Shown piece after piece: positions 27,190-41,209 of a stretch of DNA of 64,000 nt. A program made the position numbers and the translations under genes. The notes beneath the pieces are model-generated. The model did not search any database, was not told the origin of the DNA, and saw only the letters and a list, made by a program, of their open reading frames with translations. Source of the DNA: Octopus vulgaris (taxonomy: Eukaryota); contig OX597814.1 of NCBI GenBank assembly GCA_951406725.2, positions 28,830,001 through 28,894,000 on the forward strand. Reading direction: 5' to 3'. Position 1 is the stretch's first letter; each line of letters begins with the position of its first letter.

Positions 27190-27602
27190 CTGTGGTAAGA
27201 AGCTTACTTACGAACCACATGGTTCTGGGTTCATCCCACTGCGTGGCACCTTGGGGCAAGTGTCTTCTACTATAGCCTCGGGCCGACCAAAGCCTTGTCA
27301 GTAGATTTGGTAGACGAAACTGAAAGAAGCCCGTCGTATATATGTATACATATATATATGTATGTGTGTGTATATGTTTGTGTGTCTGTGTTTGTACCCC
27401 CCCCCCCCCACCAACATCGCTTGACAACCGATGCTGGTGTGTTTATGTCCCCGTAACTTAGCGGTTCAGCAAAAAGAGACCGATAGAATAAGTACTAGGC
27501 TTACAAAGAATAAGTCCTGGGGTCGATTTGCTCGACCAATGGCGGTACTCCAGCAGGCCACAGTCACATGACTGAAATAAATAAGAGAGTAAAAGAGTAA
27601 AG
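27190..27602 (+). mobile_element. SINE family C
   Basis: Matches the family. Confidence 0.82.
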
Positions 27603-27763
27603 GATATTGTCTGTAAATGTAAGCCTGTCGTACTTTTGCGTGTATGTGTGTGTGCACGCGCGTGTGCGTGTGCGTATTTGTAGAGGATAGGAGTCTCCAT
27701 GACGGTATACGACATACAACGTGATGACTGTGTTTTTGTTATTGGTGCATTAATAGAAAAAAG

Positions 27764-28136
27764 TGGAGGCGCAATGGCCCAGTGGTTAGGGCAGCGGACT
27801 CGCGGTCATAGGATCGCGGTTTCGATTCCCAGACCGGGCGTTGTGAGTGTTTATTGAGCGAAAACACCTAAAGCTCCACGAGGCTCCGGCAGGGGATGGT
27901 GGTGATCCCTGCTGTACTCTTTCACCACAACTTTCTCTCACTCTTACTTCCTGCTTCTGTTGTACCGGTATTTCAAAGGGCCGGCCTTGTCACTCTCTGT
28001 GTCACGCTGAATATCCCCGAGAACTACACGTGTCTGTGGAGTGCTCAGCCACTTACACATTAATTTCACGAGCAGGCTGTTCCGTTGATCGGATCAACCG
28101 GAACCCTCATCGTCGTAACTGACGGAGTGCTTCCAC
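27764..28136 (+). mobile_element. SINE family B, with TSD
   Basis: TSD AATAGAAAAAAG. Confidence 0.9.
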
Positions 28137-28330
28137 AATAGAAAAAAGAAAACGCACGAGCTATTGTCTTGACGTGTTTTCAATCATATGAAAACACATT
28201 TAGAATATAAAATGGTTTTTGGCGCAAATCCAGAAGACTGGATATGATGAGCGGTTCAGAAATTCACAGATTGTGACAATGCAACTGGTAATGATAGACA
28301 AAGTTGTTGCATATACACACGTGTGAACAG

Positions 28331-28365
<35 letters not shown>

Positions 28366-28781
28366 GTGTGTGTGTGTGTGTGTGTGTGTATCTATGTGTA
28401 CGAGTATTTGAAAATACACGAGTGAGTGTATACAGTCATATATGCAAACGTATATATTTATATGCAAATATACACACACAAGCGCATCCGCATACACGCA
28501 CGTGCGCACAAATATACACACACACATACACACACACACACACATTCGAGTTTATAACAATACAGGTAGCGAAAGATAGGACAATAAATATATGTCTTTG
28601 AGAGAGAGAGAGAGAGAAAGAAAAAGAAATGCTTGATATTATGAACTTATTTGCTCTTCATGTGAAGGAAACGTACACAAACACAACAGAGATAGAGAGA
28701 GACAGAGAGAGAGAGAGGGGGGAGAGCGACAGAGACAACGACAAACAGTGAGAGACAGACAGACGGAGAGAAACAGACAGG

Positions 28782-28824
<43 letters not shown>

Positions 28825-28855
28825 ATAGACAGACAGACAGACAGACAGATAGATA

Positions 28856-29322
28856 AGGTTCTTTATTGGCCACACAGGGCTGCACACAGATGGGACAAGT
28901 TACAAGGTAGAGCTTTTCTTTTGGGGGATGAAAAAAAACCAAAAAAACAAAAAACAAAAGAAAAAAAAGGTGGCGTAGGTTTTCGATCAAAAGGGATCGT
29001 AAAATGGGAAAAAAGAACAAAAAATAAAATTAAAAAAAAAAAAAAAGAAAAAAGGAAAAGGAACAAAAGAAAAGAGAAATGAAAAAAAGAAGAAAAAAGG
29101 GGAAGAGGAAAAATAACGATCAATAGGGATCGTGTATCACAGTGTTATGATGTATGGTGTAAAGGGGAAAGCAAGTAAGGTTTATCCGTGGGAAGAAAAG
29201 CCTACGAAAAAGACCACGGTAACCTTGGTCAATATTGTTATATGTTACCACATTTGTTTGCAAGTGGGTAACCCTCTGTTTTCAATTTCTGGGTTCATAG
29301 GATTATGCTCAAGGTGGCTTCG
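28856..29322 (-). mobile_element. 3' end of an interspersed repeat (probable LINE 3' UTR) inserted in (TCTA)n
   Basis: The tail CAGCCCTGTGTGGCCAATAAAGAA recurs at ~50890 and ~63812, each time next to (GATA)n. Confidence 0.55.
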
Positions 29323-29324
29323 TC

Positions 29325-29360
<36 letters not shown>

Positions 29361-29657
29361 GATAGAGAAATTGAGAGGGAGAAAGAGAGAGGGAGAAAGA
29401 GATAGATGAAAAGATAGAGAGATAGACAGAAAGATAGATAGATAGAACCAGTCCTCACTTAATGTTGTCGATACGTTCTTGAGAATGACAACTTTAAGTG
29501 AAAAAACGAAAACCGAAATTATGTTCAACTATAAATTCGCTTAAATAAAAAAAAGATACCTAAATTTCTATGATCTATTCTTTATGTTATATTTAGTCAC
29601 AATAACACCAACAAATACCCAAATAAAAACTAAAAACACTTCAAGAATTAATCCTGG

Positions 29658-29660
<3 letters not shown>

Positions 29661-29688
<28 letters not shown>

Positions 29689-32023
29689 TTAGCGTCCGTT
29701 TTCCATGCTAGCATGGGTTGGACGGTTCAACTGGGGTCTGGGGAGCCCGAAGGCTGCACCAGGCTAGTCAGATCTGGCAGTGTTTCTACAGCTGGATGCC
29801 CTTCCTAACGCCAACCACTCCGAGAGTGTAGTGGGTGATTTTATGTGCCACCGACACAGGTGCCAGACGAGGCTGGCGAACGGCCACGCTCGGATGGTAT
29901 TTTTATGTGCCACCGACACAGGTGCCAGACGAGGCTGGCAGACGGCCACGCTCGGATGGTGTTTTTATGTGCCACCGACCCAGGTGCCAGATGAGGCTGG
30001 CGGACGGCCACGATCGGATGGTGTTTGTTACGTCCCCAAAGCACGGAGGCCAGTCTATGCGGTACTGGCTACGGCCACGTTCGGATGATTTTCTTGTGTG
30101 CCACCGGCACTGGTCCACAAAGATACAAATTCCATTGATGTTCATCTATTTTGATTTGTTTTGATTTGATTTGATTTTCACTTGCCTCAACAGGTCTTCA
30201 CAAGTGTCACAAGAAGGAAGGTATGCACAGGTGGACTGACTACGTCCCAGGTAGGGGCCACGGGTTATGGCCTGACTAGTCTTGCCGGGTCTTCGGATGG
30301 TGTTTTTATGTGCCACCGACACAGGTGCCAGATGAGGCTGGCGAACGGCCACGATCGGATGGTGTTTGTTGCGTGCCCACAGCACGGAGGCCAGTCGATG
30401 CGGTACTGGCTACGGCCACGTTCGGATGGTTTTCTTGTGTGCCACCGGCACTGGTACCACAAGATACAAATTCCATTGATGTTCATCTATTTTGATTTGA
30501 TTTGATTTGATTTTCACTTGCCTCAACAGGTCTTCACAGGTCTTCACAAGTGTCACAAGAAGGAAGGAAGGTATGCACAGGTGGACTGACTACGTCCCAA
30601 GTAGGGGCCATGGGTTATGGCCTGACTAGTCTTGCCGGGTCTTCGGTTGGTGTTTTTATGTGCCACCGACACAGGTGCCAGATGAGGCTGGTGGACGGCC
30701 ACGATCGGATGGTGTTTGTTATGTGCCCACATCACAGAGGCCAGTCGATGCGGTACTGGCTACGGCCACGTTCGGATGGTTTTCTTGTGTGCCACCGGTA
30801 CTGGTACCACAAAGATACAAATTCCATTGATGTTCATCTATTTTGATTTGGTTTGATTTGATTTGATTTGATTTTGATTTTGATTTTCACTTGCCTCAAC
30901 AGGTCTTCACAAGTGTCATAAGTAGGAAGGTATGCACAGGTGGACTGACTACGTCGCCGGGTCTTCGGATGGTGTTTTTATGTGCCACCGACACAGGTGC
31001 CAGATGAGGCTGGCGAACGGCCACGATCGGATGGTTTTCTTGTGTGCCACCGGTACTGGAACCACAAAGATACAAATTCCATTGATGTTCATCTATTTTG
31101 ATTTGGTTTGATTTTCACTTGCCTCAACAGGTCTTCACAAGTTTGGTTTGATTTTCACTTGCCTCAACAGGTCTTCACAAGTGTCACACGTGTCACACAC
31201 TTGCCTCAACACGTCTCCACAAGTGTCACACACTTGCCTCTGCCTCAACAGGTCTTCACAAAGTGTCACACACTTGCCTCTGCCTCAACAGGTCTTCACA
31301 AGTGTCACACACTTGCCTCAACAGGTCTTCACAAGTGTCATAAGAGGGAAGGTATGCACAGGTGGACTGACTACGTCGCCGGGTCTTCGGATGGTGTTTT
31401 TATGTGCCACCGACACAGGTGCCAGATGAGGCTGGCGAACGGCCACGATCAGATGGTGTTTGTTGTGCCCACAGCACGGAGGCCAGTCGATGCGGTACTG
31501 GCTACGGCCACGTTCGGATGGTTTTCTTGTGTGCCACCGGTACTGGAACCACAAAGATACAAATTCCATTGATGTTCATCTATTTTGATTTGGTTTGATT
31601 TGATTTTTGATTTTCACTTGCCTCAACAGGTCTTCACAAGGGTCACACACTTGCCTCAACAGGTCTCCACAAGTGTCACACACTTGCCTCTGCCTCAACA
31701 GGTCTTCACAAGTGTCACACACTTGCCTCAACAGGTCTTCACAAGTGTCATAAGAGGGAAGGTATGCACAGGTGGACTGACTACGTCGCCGGGTCTTCGG
31801 ATGGTGTCTTTATGTGCCACCGACACAGGTGCCAGATGAGGCTGGCGAACGGCCACGATCGGATGGTGTTTGTTGTGCCCACAGCACGGAGGCCAGTCGA
31901 TGCGGTACTGGCTACAGCCACGTTTGGGTGGTTTTCTTGTGTGCCACCGGCACTGGTACCACAAAGAATACAATTCCACTGATGTTCATCTATTTTGATT
32001 TGTTTTGATTTGATTTGATTTTC
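29661..32023 (-). mobile_element. Non-autonomous RTE-related (SINE-like) element with a (TGA)n tail and a hierarchical internal tandem expansion
   Basis: 3' end GGTTGGCGTTAGGAAGGGCATCC...(TGA)n. It contains ~59-bp sub-repeats, ~250-490-bp macro-units, and ~30-37-bp hairpin repeats. Confidence 0.7.
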
Positions 32024-32107
32024 AGATAGATACATTTAAGACAGATTAATAGGAATCGATAGGGTAATTAAAGAACGTCTTCCAAGTCTAATTGAAAAAA
32101 GAAAATA

Positions 32108-32252
<145 letters not shown>

Positions 32253-33130
32253 CGTCATTATGCTCCTGTTTGTATAATTCTTTGTAGGAATTGCGTTCAC
32301 ACCATTATTAATCCATTTGCTTTTGAACTTCTCTCCCTTTGAGAATCATTATCAGTGAAGTGGCCGTAACATTATCTAAAACTGGAAAACCTCAGACAAA
32401 TCTTTCATTGTTAAAATTCGCGGTGGTTTTGCATGCTTGCTCTTATCATCTTAATTTTTAGCAGGGTGCTGTTCTATCTCGATTAGGTCTGCATTAGATG
32501 TTTCTTCATCCTGAGACTCAAGTAACTCCTCTGTTTTATATTTTAAATATTGTCTTGACTTAAAAGAGTTGCCTCCCTATGAAGTAGACAGTAGACGTAA
32601 AAAGATTGGAACTTAGATGAGGCTTGTGAAAAAATGTGTGATGTGTGTCGTAATCCGTCATCGTTAATTAATTAATTAATCAATCAATCAATATTTCATT
32701 GAAATGAAAATTCAATAAGTTATAAAATAAAAAAAAATTCAGTTTAACAGGCTACACTTTGCAAATTTTTACTTTAGTTTCACAAATTTTCCTTCGCAAA
32801 TTCGAAGTTACTTACCACATCCTGGTCGACGTCAATCTCAAATTCGTCACCATCAGACACAATTTCCTAATCGTCAGTCTTGATTACATTGTCAACTATC
32901 TTGAAATTTATAGGCATAATTAAATCTCAGTATGAGATTGAAACAGTAATCGCTCGATAATGTAAAGTATAGAAGCCATCTTATCATGGCTAACCACATT
33001 GGGGAGGGGGTGTTACTGTTGCTTTATAGCCCCAAGAGATCTTCGTCTCTAGCTGGCTTTAGACACAATATCTGTGACCTTGGAGTATTTGCAAAGGGAG
33101 GCCATCCCTTCCTTGCAAGCCTGAGTGATA

Positions 33131-33173
33131 CGCTCGAACTAGTTTCGGGATTGTTGTCCCTCGTCAATGGGCG
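33131..33173 (-). ncRNA. Degenerate minimal hammerhead motif
   Basis: CGCCCA-TTGACGA-GGGA(CAACAA)TCCC-GAA-ACTAGT-T-CGAGCG. Confidence 0.55.
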
Positions 33174-33836
33174 TTGACAAACTTCTATTTCGTCATCGTC
33201 ATATTAAATGTAAAAACTGGAGGATGGAGCAAAATTTTTTATGAACCTGCATTGACATCAGTAATCACTTGAAGAACTGTAAAAGACTATAAACATTAAA
33301 AGGTTCTGTGATTTTGCATAATAAAGTTTTAGTGGTGATGGTGGTGGTAAAGAGGAGGAGGAGGAGGAGGCGACAAATGAGGCCACGGGAACGGGAACAA
33401 GAGAAAAAATCCGGGCTGGTTGCGTGCGGTGAAGGAAGAGCTGTGAACCAATAAGTCACCCAGGTTTTGGGCACACTTAAAAGAAGAAAGGAGTGTATTT
33501 GGGAAGGTGTGAGAAGTTGCAAAGTCGAATTGGAAGAACAGGATGTATCATAGGAGGTCGCAATACAAAGGTAAAAATGAAGAGATGGCCGCACTAACAA
33601 CAACTCGAAATACAAAGCTAGCACAAATAAACCAAAGATGTTCATATCAGTCCAATTACGAAATATCCACAGGTGTGTCACAATTTTGTAACAGATGCAA
33701 AATTTCTTACTCATGTAATCAAGCAATGTATATAATTATATATGTATTAATTTAATGTATCAATTGACTATAAATATTTATAGCATGCTGACTACTTTAA
33801 AAAAAATCATTAACGTGATTTTTATCCTTATATTCT

Positions 33837-34150
33837 TGTATGTATGTATGTATGTATGTATGTATGTATGTATGCATGTATGTATGTATGTATGTATGTA
33901 TGTATGTATGCATGCATGTATGTATGTATGTATGTATGTATGCATGCATGTATGTATGTATGTATGTATGTATGTATGCATGTATGTATGTATGTATGTA
34001 TGTATGTATGCATGTATGTATGTATGTATGTATGTATGCATGTATGTATGTATGTATGTATGTATATGTATGTATGTATGTATGTATGCATGTATGCATG
34101 TATGTATGTATGTATGTATGTATGTATGTATGTATGTATGTATGTATGTA
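33837..34150. repeat. (TATG)n microsatellite
   Basis: Directly visible. Confidence 0.95.
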
Positions 34151-34214
34151 TATATATATATGTATAGAGTGTTAGAAGTGGTGTACAAGTATTGAATATT
34201 GAGAAATATATACA

Positions 34215-34376
34215 ACGAGTTTCTTTCAGTTTCCATCTACAAAATTCACTCACAAGGACTTGATCAGCATAAGGCTATAGCAGATAACTCTTGCCCAAGG
34301 TGCTGCGCATTGGGACTGAACCTGGAACCACGTGGTAGGGAAATAAGTTTCTTACCACACAGCCACCCATGCACCT
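34215..34376 (-). mobile_element. SINE family C, 5' half (diverged)
   Basis: Matches the family head. Confidence 0.65.
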
Positions 34377-34523
34377 ATATGTATAACTTATCGTTCACAG
34401 TTGTAAATTTGAAGAGAGTTTCATAGATGTACAATTGCTCGACATCTTTATGTACTTCTTTACAGCATCTTCAATCTTCCCACTCTCAAATAGTACGAAG
34501 GTCATTTTTTTGTTCATGAAGGT

Positions 34524-34857
34524 TTCTAAAAAAAAAGACTCCGCCGGTTACGACGACGAGGGTCCCAGCTGATACGATCAACGGAACAGCTTGCTCGTGA
34601 AATTAACGTGCAAATGGCTGAGCATTCCACAGACACGTGTACCCTTAACGTAGTTCTCGGGGATAATCAGCGTGACACAGAGAGTGACAAGGCTGACCCT
34701 TTGAAATACAAGTACAACTCATTTTTGCCAGCTGAGTGGACTGGAGCAACGTGAAATAAAGTGTCTTGCTCAAGGACACAACGCGTCGCCGGGAATCGAA
34801 CTCACAACCTTACGATCATGAGCCGAATGCCCTAACCACTAAGCCACGCGCCCTCAC
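34524..34857 (-). mobile_element. SINE related to family B (subfamily B2)
   Basis: tRNA-like head TGGCTTAGTGG...GTTCGATTCC, shared 3' half, TSD TCATGAAGGTT. Confidence 0.85.
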
Positions 34858-35059
34858 TCATGAAGGTTACTGCATGAACAAAAAGGCAAAATAAATATCT
34901 ACATGACGTCTCTTAATTGGTGTTCATATTTTGCGCAACAACGAGGCAACAATGTTCTAGAACGCATCAATAACACGAAGTTCAATGATAATGTGACCGA
35001 TGACATCTACGGTTTTCTCTGACCATAACAATATAAGTAAAACTATAATGAAAGAAAAG

Positions 35060-35296
35060 TAAGGCGGCGAGCTGGCAGAACCGTTAGCACGCCGGGCGAA
35101 ATGCGTAGCCGTATTTCGTCTGCCGTTACGTTCTGGGTTCAAATTCCGCCGAGGTCGACTTTGCCTTTCATCCCTTTCGGGGTCGATAAATTAAGTACCA
35201 GTTACGCACTGGGGCCGATCTAATCGACTTAATCCATTTGTCTCTCCATGTTTGTCCCCTCTGTGTTTAGCCCCTTGTAGGTAGTAAAGAAATATA
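35060..35296 (+). mobile_element. SINE family A, full length, with TSD
   Basis: Flanked by the direct repeat TATAATGAAAGAAAA. Confidence 0.87.
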
Positions 35297-35769
35297 TATA
35301 ATGAAAGAAAATTGTAGATATACACCCAGAAGAGCGCCGGAACTCAATCTTGACTTATAAACCGCAAGACTCACAAGAAAACAATTAAGAGATACTCAAA
35401 CAAAACTAACTCGAAAGCGAAGTTTATGCAAGAAAACAACATGAAACTGAATTTTCTTCTTATTTACGCAAGAAGATTTTCAAGTCAATTTAATGTTAAC
35501 AGAGAAAATTAAATGCATTAAATTTGTTCCAGAGGGAAAAGCCAGCATTCACAAAAATTTAATTTTCAGAGACAGAGAAGACACGAGGAAAACAGAAAAG
35601 AACGATTTTGAAATCACTGAAATAAATGAATCATGGACCACTGAAAAGGAAAACTAATAGAAATTGATAATAAAATGCCCCCATGAGAAAGAGGGGGCAG
35701 AGAGAAAAAGCAGGAGTGAACAAAACAAAAAAAGCAAATCCTAAAGTTTTCAATAAATTTATAAAATAA

Positions 35770-36169
35770 CTAGCAGTATCGCCCGGCGTTGCTTGGGTTT
35801 GTAAGGGAAATAACTATATAAGCATTTTTAGAGAGTTATAGCCAAAAATTAGCAAAAAAATGCATTAAAAATGGAAAAAAATGACGGTAAATTTTTTCTT
35901 TTAATCGTTGACTCATCGTAGACTTTTTAGAGAGTTACTTCCCTTATATAATAGCGAAAAAATGCATTAAAATGGAAAAAATGATGGTAAATTATTTTTA
36001 AAATCGTAGACTCATCGTAGACGCGCGATAATACCCAGAAGGGCTCGATACGAATCACGACTATAAGATACCCGGTTTTGGTTAAACTGCACCGCAAAAT
36101 GTGGGAGTAGTTAGGAATCTAAATCGTAGGAGACAGACACTCACACAACCTCACTTTTATATATAAAGA
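35770..36169 (-). mobile_element. Non-autonomous Helitron
   Basis: TC...CTAG termini, A|T target site, subterminal hairpin. Confidence 0.87.
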
Positions 36170-36199
36170 TTAACTGCAGTGAGTTCTAAAATAGTGCCA

Positions 36200-37420
36200 T
36201 TGTTCCAAGGACATAGCTCGCTGCAGACCTCCAAAGTGTAAACGAAATACTAAATGAACAATTGAATTTTGTTTTCAGTTCCTCTGTGAAACATATGAAA
36301 ATAAATCGGCCCCATACGTTTTTCAACACTACATCCTTATATTGGGAAGTGACAACTGTCGGTCATACCGATATAAAAGAAGATATGATATAAAATTAGG
36401 CTAAAATCAGCAATAGGTTAAAATATTTTCGGAAATTTCTCTTGAAAACATGCAAAAGAGCCCTAGCAAAATCAGATACTTTCTCGGATATTTCCTAACA
36501 AAATAAGCTCCCTCAAACGTTGAAAGTATGATATGCTCTGTTCATCCGGGAAAGAGTAGAGAAGATATTTAAAATTACAGGCCTAACTCTCTAACTTCGA
36601 AGTAAATTCATAGAACGAGTTATCAGAAGAAACTAATTCCGTGTTGAGAGTTCTGTGAATGTTCAGCTTCTAGAGGATTTCGATTGGATACTGATACTGT
36701 TATTCAACTATTCAGATGTGGATGTGATACATCTCGATATTACGAATGCCTTCAACAAACGACCGTGAAGTGATGTCACAGACTACATGATCTAGACGTA
36801 GTTGGATGACAAGGATAGAGGCTACATAACATTTTAAGAGAAAGAAGAAAAGCAGTAGTGAGTAAATTTGCTTTTTCAAAGGATACAACAATTCTGAGTA
36901 GAGTTTCTCGGGGGAATACTTTTGAGTTACTATTTATTGTAGCTCTCTCGAGCATGCTCCCGGTCATACTAACAGCCATTGTCACTAACAAAGCTGAAGA
37001 TACGAAAATTTTAAAAGTAAAGGGGATCTTCTGATAACATCAAACCACCCTCAGAAATAACCCAGTGCAATACACAAAATGGGCTGAAGGAAACAGCATG
37101 CAATTTCATGCTGAAAATTTCCAAATTTTCAAGCTCTTCGCAATCAGCTTTCTAACCTATTACAACAGGATACACAAGATAAGGAGAGATTACAAACCCG
37201 GAATCAGAATCATTGCATGACCTGGAGATCAAATTTAGTAATGAATTATCGTTTCATGCACATATTACTAAAAAGGCAATAATTGACAGACAACTGGCAG
37301 AATGGCTTCTGAGGCAAAAAGAAAAAAAAAAAAAAAGAATTTTAATGTTAGTCCTCTTGAGGACATTTGTCCTTAGTTGTCTAGATTAGTACTTTCAATT
37401 ATAATCACCGCATGATGCTC
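36200..37420 (+). pseudogene. Heavily decayed CR1-like RT region
   Basis: Remnants resembling DVIHLD...AF and DLEIKFSNELSF; many stops. Confidence 0.5.
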
Positions 37421-37643
37421 AAATGACTGTCTAATAAAGATAATTATCAATACTCAAGTTCGTTTATGTTTATGACAGAATCAATCCTCAGAATATAAGG
37501 AATAACCAATTACAATATAAATGGAAAAGATCTTCTTATAATAGACTCTCATATGATGCATTTACAAACACAAACATATATACATTTATACATTTATATA
37601 ACATGCATGTGTGCGTGCGTGTGTATATATGTAAATATGTGCA

Positions 37644-37726
<83 letters not shown>

Positions 37727-38027
37727 CTATCTCTGTCTATATATATGTGTGTGGCTATGCACAAAGGAGAGATAGTTTGTTTTCATGCGTATTATATCTG
37801 TGTAAATATGGTGGATTGAGTAGATTTATGTGAACCCAAACGAGTATGGATGTATGGATATAATGTGGCTATATATTTCAGCATATCGATCGGACAGCTA
37901 AACCAATAACAAGAGTATAATCAACCACAGCAACAGAAGCAAGAGCAGCAGAAAACAAAATTAACAACAGCAGCAGCCAAAATAAACAGAACCAAGGAAA
38001 AATAGCATTATGATACTACTACTGCTG

Positions 38028-38076
<49 letters not shown>

Positions 38077-38227
38077 AAATTTTATCTTTTTACCCTCCTT
38101 TACGTTCTGAATTCCAATTCCGCCGGGTTGACTTTGCGGTCGATAAAATAGTACCAGTTAAACACTGGAGGTCAAAATAATTGACTTCCCCACCTCTCAA
38201 CATAGTTGGCCTTGCACCAAAATAAGA

Positions 38228-38279
<52 letters not shown>

Positions 38280-38289
38280 CATACATACA

Positions 38290-40250
38290 CACCCAACAGA
38301 TTAGTCTGCTGGAAAAGAAAAAAAATTCTAACATCGGGCTACAACAACTAACCTTAGATGCAAGAACTCTCCTAAGTGAAGACTTTAAGACACGATCTGA
38401 GTAGAATAGAATCCTGGAAACAGAACAAGTGTCTTTGCTGTCCCTAATAACACTGTTTTCTGTAGCTGTACTAAACTGGGTTTTATGCCTATTTCCTCTA
38501 TCCATCTGTTCAGATCTTTAGGGATAGTACCCAATGCATCTATAACTACTGGGATACATGTTACCCGTACTTTCCATAGTCTTTGTAATTCAATAGCTAT
38601 GTCATTAATATGCATTACTCATTAATGCACAAGTTAATCTTAGATCTGTCTACTTCTCATTCACTACTTCTTCCCTTGCTTCCTTAACCATGCTGCATCT
38701 CCATTATGGTTGACTGGCTTATCCCAAATATTACTCCAGAACTTTCTAGCTCCTTCTGCATTAGGTTTCTCATCTTCAGTACTTCGTTTTCCACTATTTA
38801 TTTGGTTATAAAATCTCCTCTGGTCTGTCTCAAATAATCTACTCTGTTGATATTGATCTATTTTTTTCTGATATCTGGAGAGCTTCCTTGCTACTGTTAT
38901 GATATGCTCTTCCAACTCTTCTAAGACTGTCCCAAATCCTTTCTATTTGACTAAGTATCTTTTCCCAAGGGAAGATTTGCATCTTATATTTCCTAACTTG
39001 TTCAGTTTCCAGGATTCTATTCTACTCAGATCGTGTCTTAAAGTCTTCACTTTATTCTTGTAGTCTCCTTTTCCACAATTGCTCTTTTTTGATCTTTCCC
39101 TGTGAGAAATATAATCTTCTGGTGACTACCACTACTCTTGCATAGATCAGTAAATTAGTGTCTCCTACATTTTCAATATCCTACTAATAACAGAATCTAC
39201 TTTCCTAGTAATTTCTAGCAGCTTCCTTCTGTTGGTGCCTTTTAATACTAGCAATCTTTTACTTACTTCTTTACTCATTACTTCTTGCAACTCATCTAAA
39301 ATCTTCTGATCTTCCTCACTTAAATCACTTAAGCCGCTGTTGCCAGTCGTCCCTTAACTTTTGGTAGCGCTATTATTATTTTTTCCATTAGATTATTCTC
39401 TGGTTTGCGCTGTATCTATTATGTTGTTGGAGGCGCAATGGCCCAGTGGTTAGAGCAGTGGACTCGCGGTCGTAAGATCGCGGTTTCGATTCCCAGACCG
39501 GGCGTTGTGAGTGTTTATTGAGCGAAAACACCTAAAGCTCCACGAGGCTCCGGCAGGGGATGGTGGTGATCCCTGCTGTACTCTTTCACCACAACTTTCT
39601 CTCACTCTTACTTCCTGTATCTGTTGTACCTGTATTTCAAAGGCCGGCCTTGTCACTCTCTGTGTCACGCTGAATATCTCAGAGAACTAAGGTAAGGGTA
39701 CACGTGTCTGTGGAGTGCTCAGCCACTTACACGTTAATTTCACGAGCAGGCTGTTCCGTTGATCGGATCAACCGGAACCCTCGTCGTCGTAACTGACGGA
39801 GTGTTTCCTTCATTATGTTGTTGTTCGTCTTTCTTACTGCCTGGTCTTTCTCTTCCAGTTCTCTTGTGATCTCTTCCACCTCCAATTGTCATCCACTTTC
39901 TCCTAATAGCATTAGCTTGATCAACTAATCTCTGCTCAGTCATTTTAAACATACTCTTCTTTACCCAAAATGTGAACATCCATTTTCTATAGCCCCTTCT
40001 TTTAGGTTCACTTTCTAAGTAGCCTTGCATCACTATCCTGTTTTTTTTTTTTTCGCTGGTCCACTTCCTTCTCCTTGCTTTATTAGCTACTGATGCTGTA
40101 TTAGGATAACAGCTGTGGTCAGTCTGCGTCATTACTGAACCACTGCCGAGCGAGAGGCCTTCCCTTAATGGTTCAGTTTCCTTTTTGCTGTTATAACCAG
40201 TTTCTTCGGAAACTCATGTGTGTCATAAACTGAGGTAAGGTAAGGTTTGT
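38290..40250 (-). pseudogene. Internally deleted R4/Dong-type LINE (N-terminal region joined to REL end) next to (TAA)n
   Basis: N-terminal RRRKWT..N.IVM..Y..SEP.RRGYRK and C-terminal IPVVIDALGTIPK...LQKTVLLGTAKTL. No RT domain lies between them. Confidence 0.75.
39430..39811 (+). mobile_element. SINE family B inserted in an R4/Dong-type LINE remnant
   Basis: TSD ATTATGTTGTTG. Confidence 0.9.
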
Positions 40251-40915
40251 CACCATCGTCATCACCACTATTATTTTTCGACATCTGGAAGTTTCAACAA
40301 CTTTCTATTGCATCATTTGTCGCACCTTTGTGGTGGAGGAGTGGTACGTGCTGCATTTTTTGCGTGTGGGGGTGGATATTGTATTGTACCAGTATGTTTT
40401 GTTACGGGGTTTGGTTTGAACTTTCTGCTGTATTAGTTTTTATATTGTGTTGTTTGCGTAGCGCAGGTATCAGCCTTCTGTGACACATGTTCTGGGTTTT
40501 GTTCAATATGTTGTGTATTTACAGTATGAGTTTATTCTTGTATGTTTTCTTGTGGTGGGTTGGCTTTGCATAGAAGTGTGTGTAAATCAAAGATAAACTA
40601 TTTCATAGTATTTATGATTATCTATCCGCTGTTCTTTCACTCTTTTGGTTGGCTTTGTTACGGGCTCCGTTTTTACAGCGTTTACTTTTTAAACTAAGCA
40701 CCGCTGATGGACATGTGTTGATGTTTCTTTCGGAGTTGTAATTATAATCATAATTACCATTGATGCAACAGCGAGAGACTGAAAAGAAATAGCAGTGTGC
40801 ATATATACAGAGATCTTAAAATTTTACTCACACGTCTGCAGTTTACGTATAGGAATGTGTCTACATTTTTATGTACGTGTTGCTGTAATGGCTCATCAGT
40901 GGGGAGCTATATTTT

Positions 40916-40978
<63 letters not shown>

Positions 40979-41209
40979 TCCATATAAGCAAAATCTTTCA
41001 GTTTCCTGAGATGGCTTACATTTAGACAGTTTTCTTTCATTGTTTTTATACGGATTCTTAATTTCTGCTTCGTGATGGTTTCAGATTTGATTTATCTTTC
41101 CAGCAGCTCACTGTCACATGTCCATGCTGTTTGGTATACGCTGCGAGATTTGTGTTATAACCATAACTCTAATTATTATTGATTATATTATTATTGTTGT
41201 TGTTATTTG

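Noticed and set aside
29835-30460. Pistol-, twister- or hammerhead-like reading of the 59-bp modules and CTGTTGAGGCAAGTGAAA
   Set aside because: Required helices (pistol P2, hammerhead stems I and II) cannot be formed.
31110-31750. ~30-37-bp hairpin repeats resembling CRISPR repeats
   Set aside because: No unique spacers, no cas genes, eukaryotic context.
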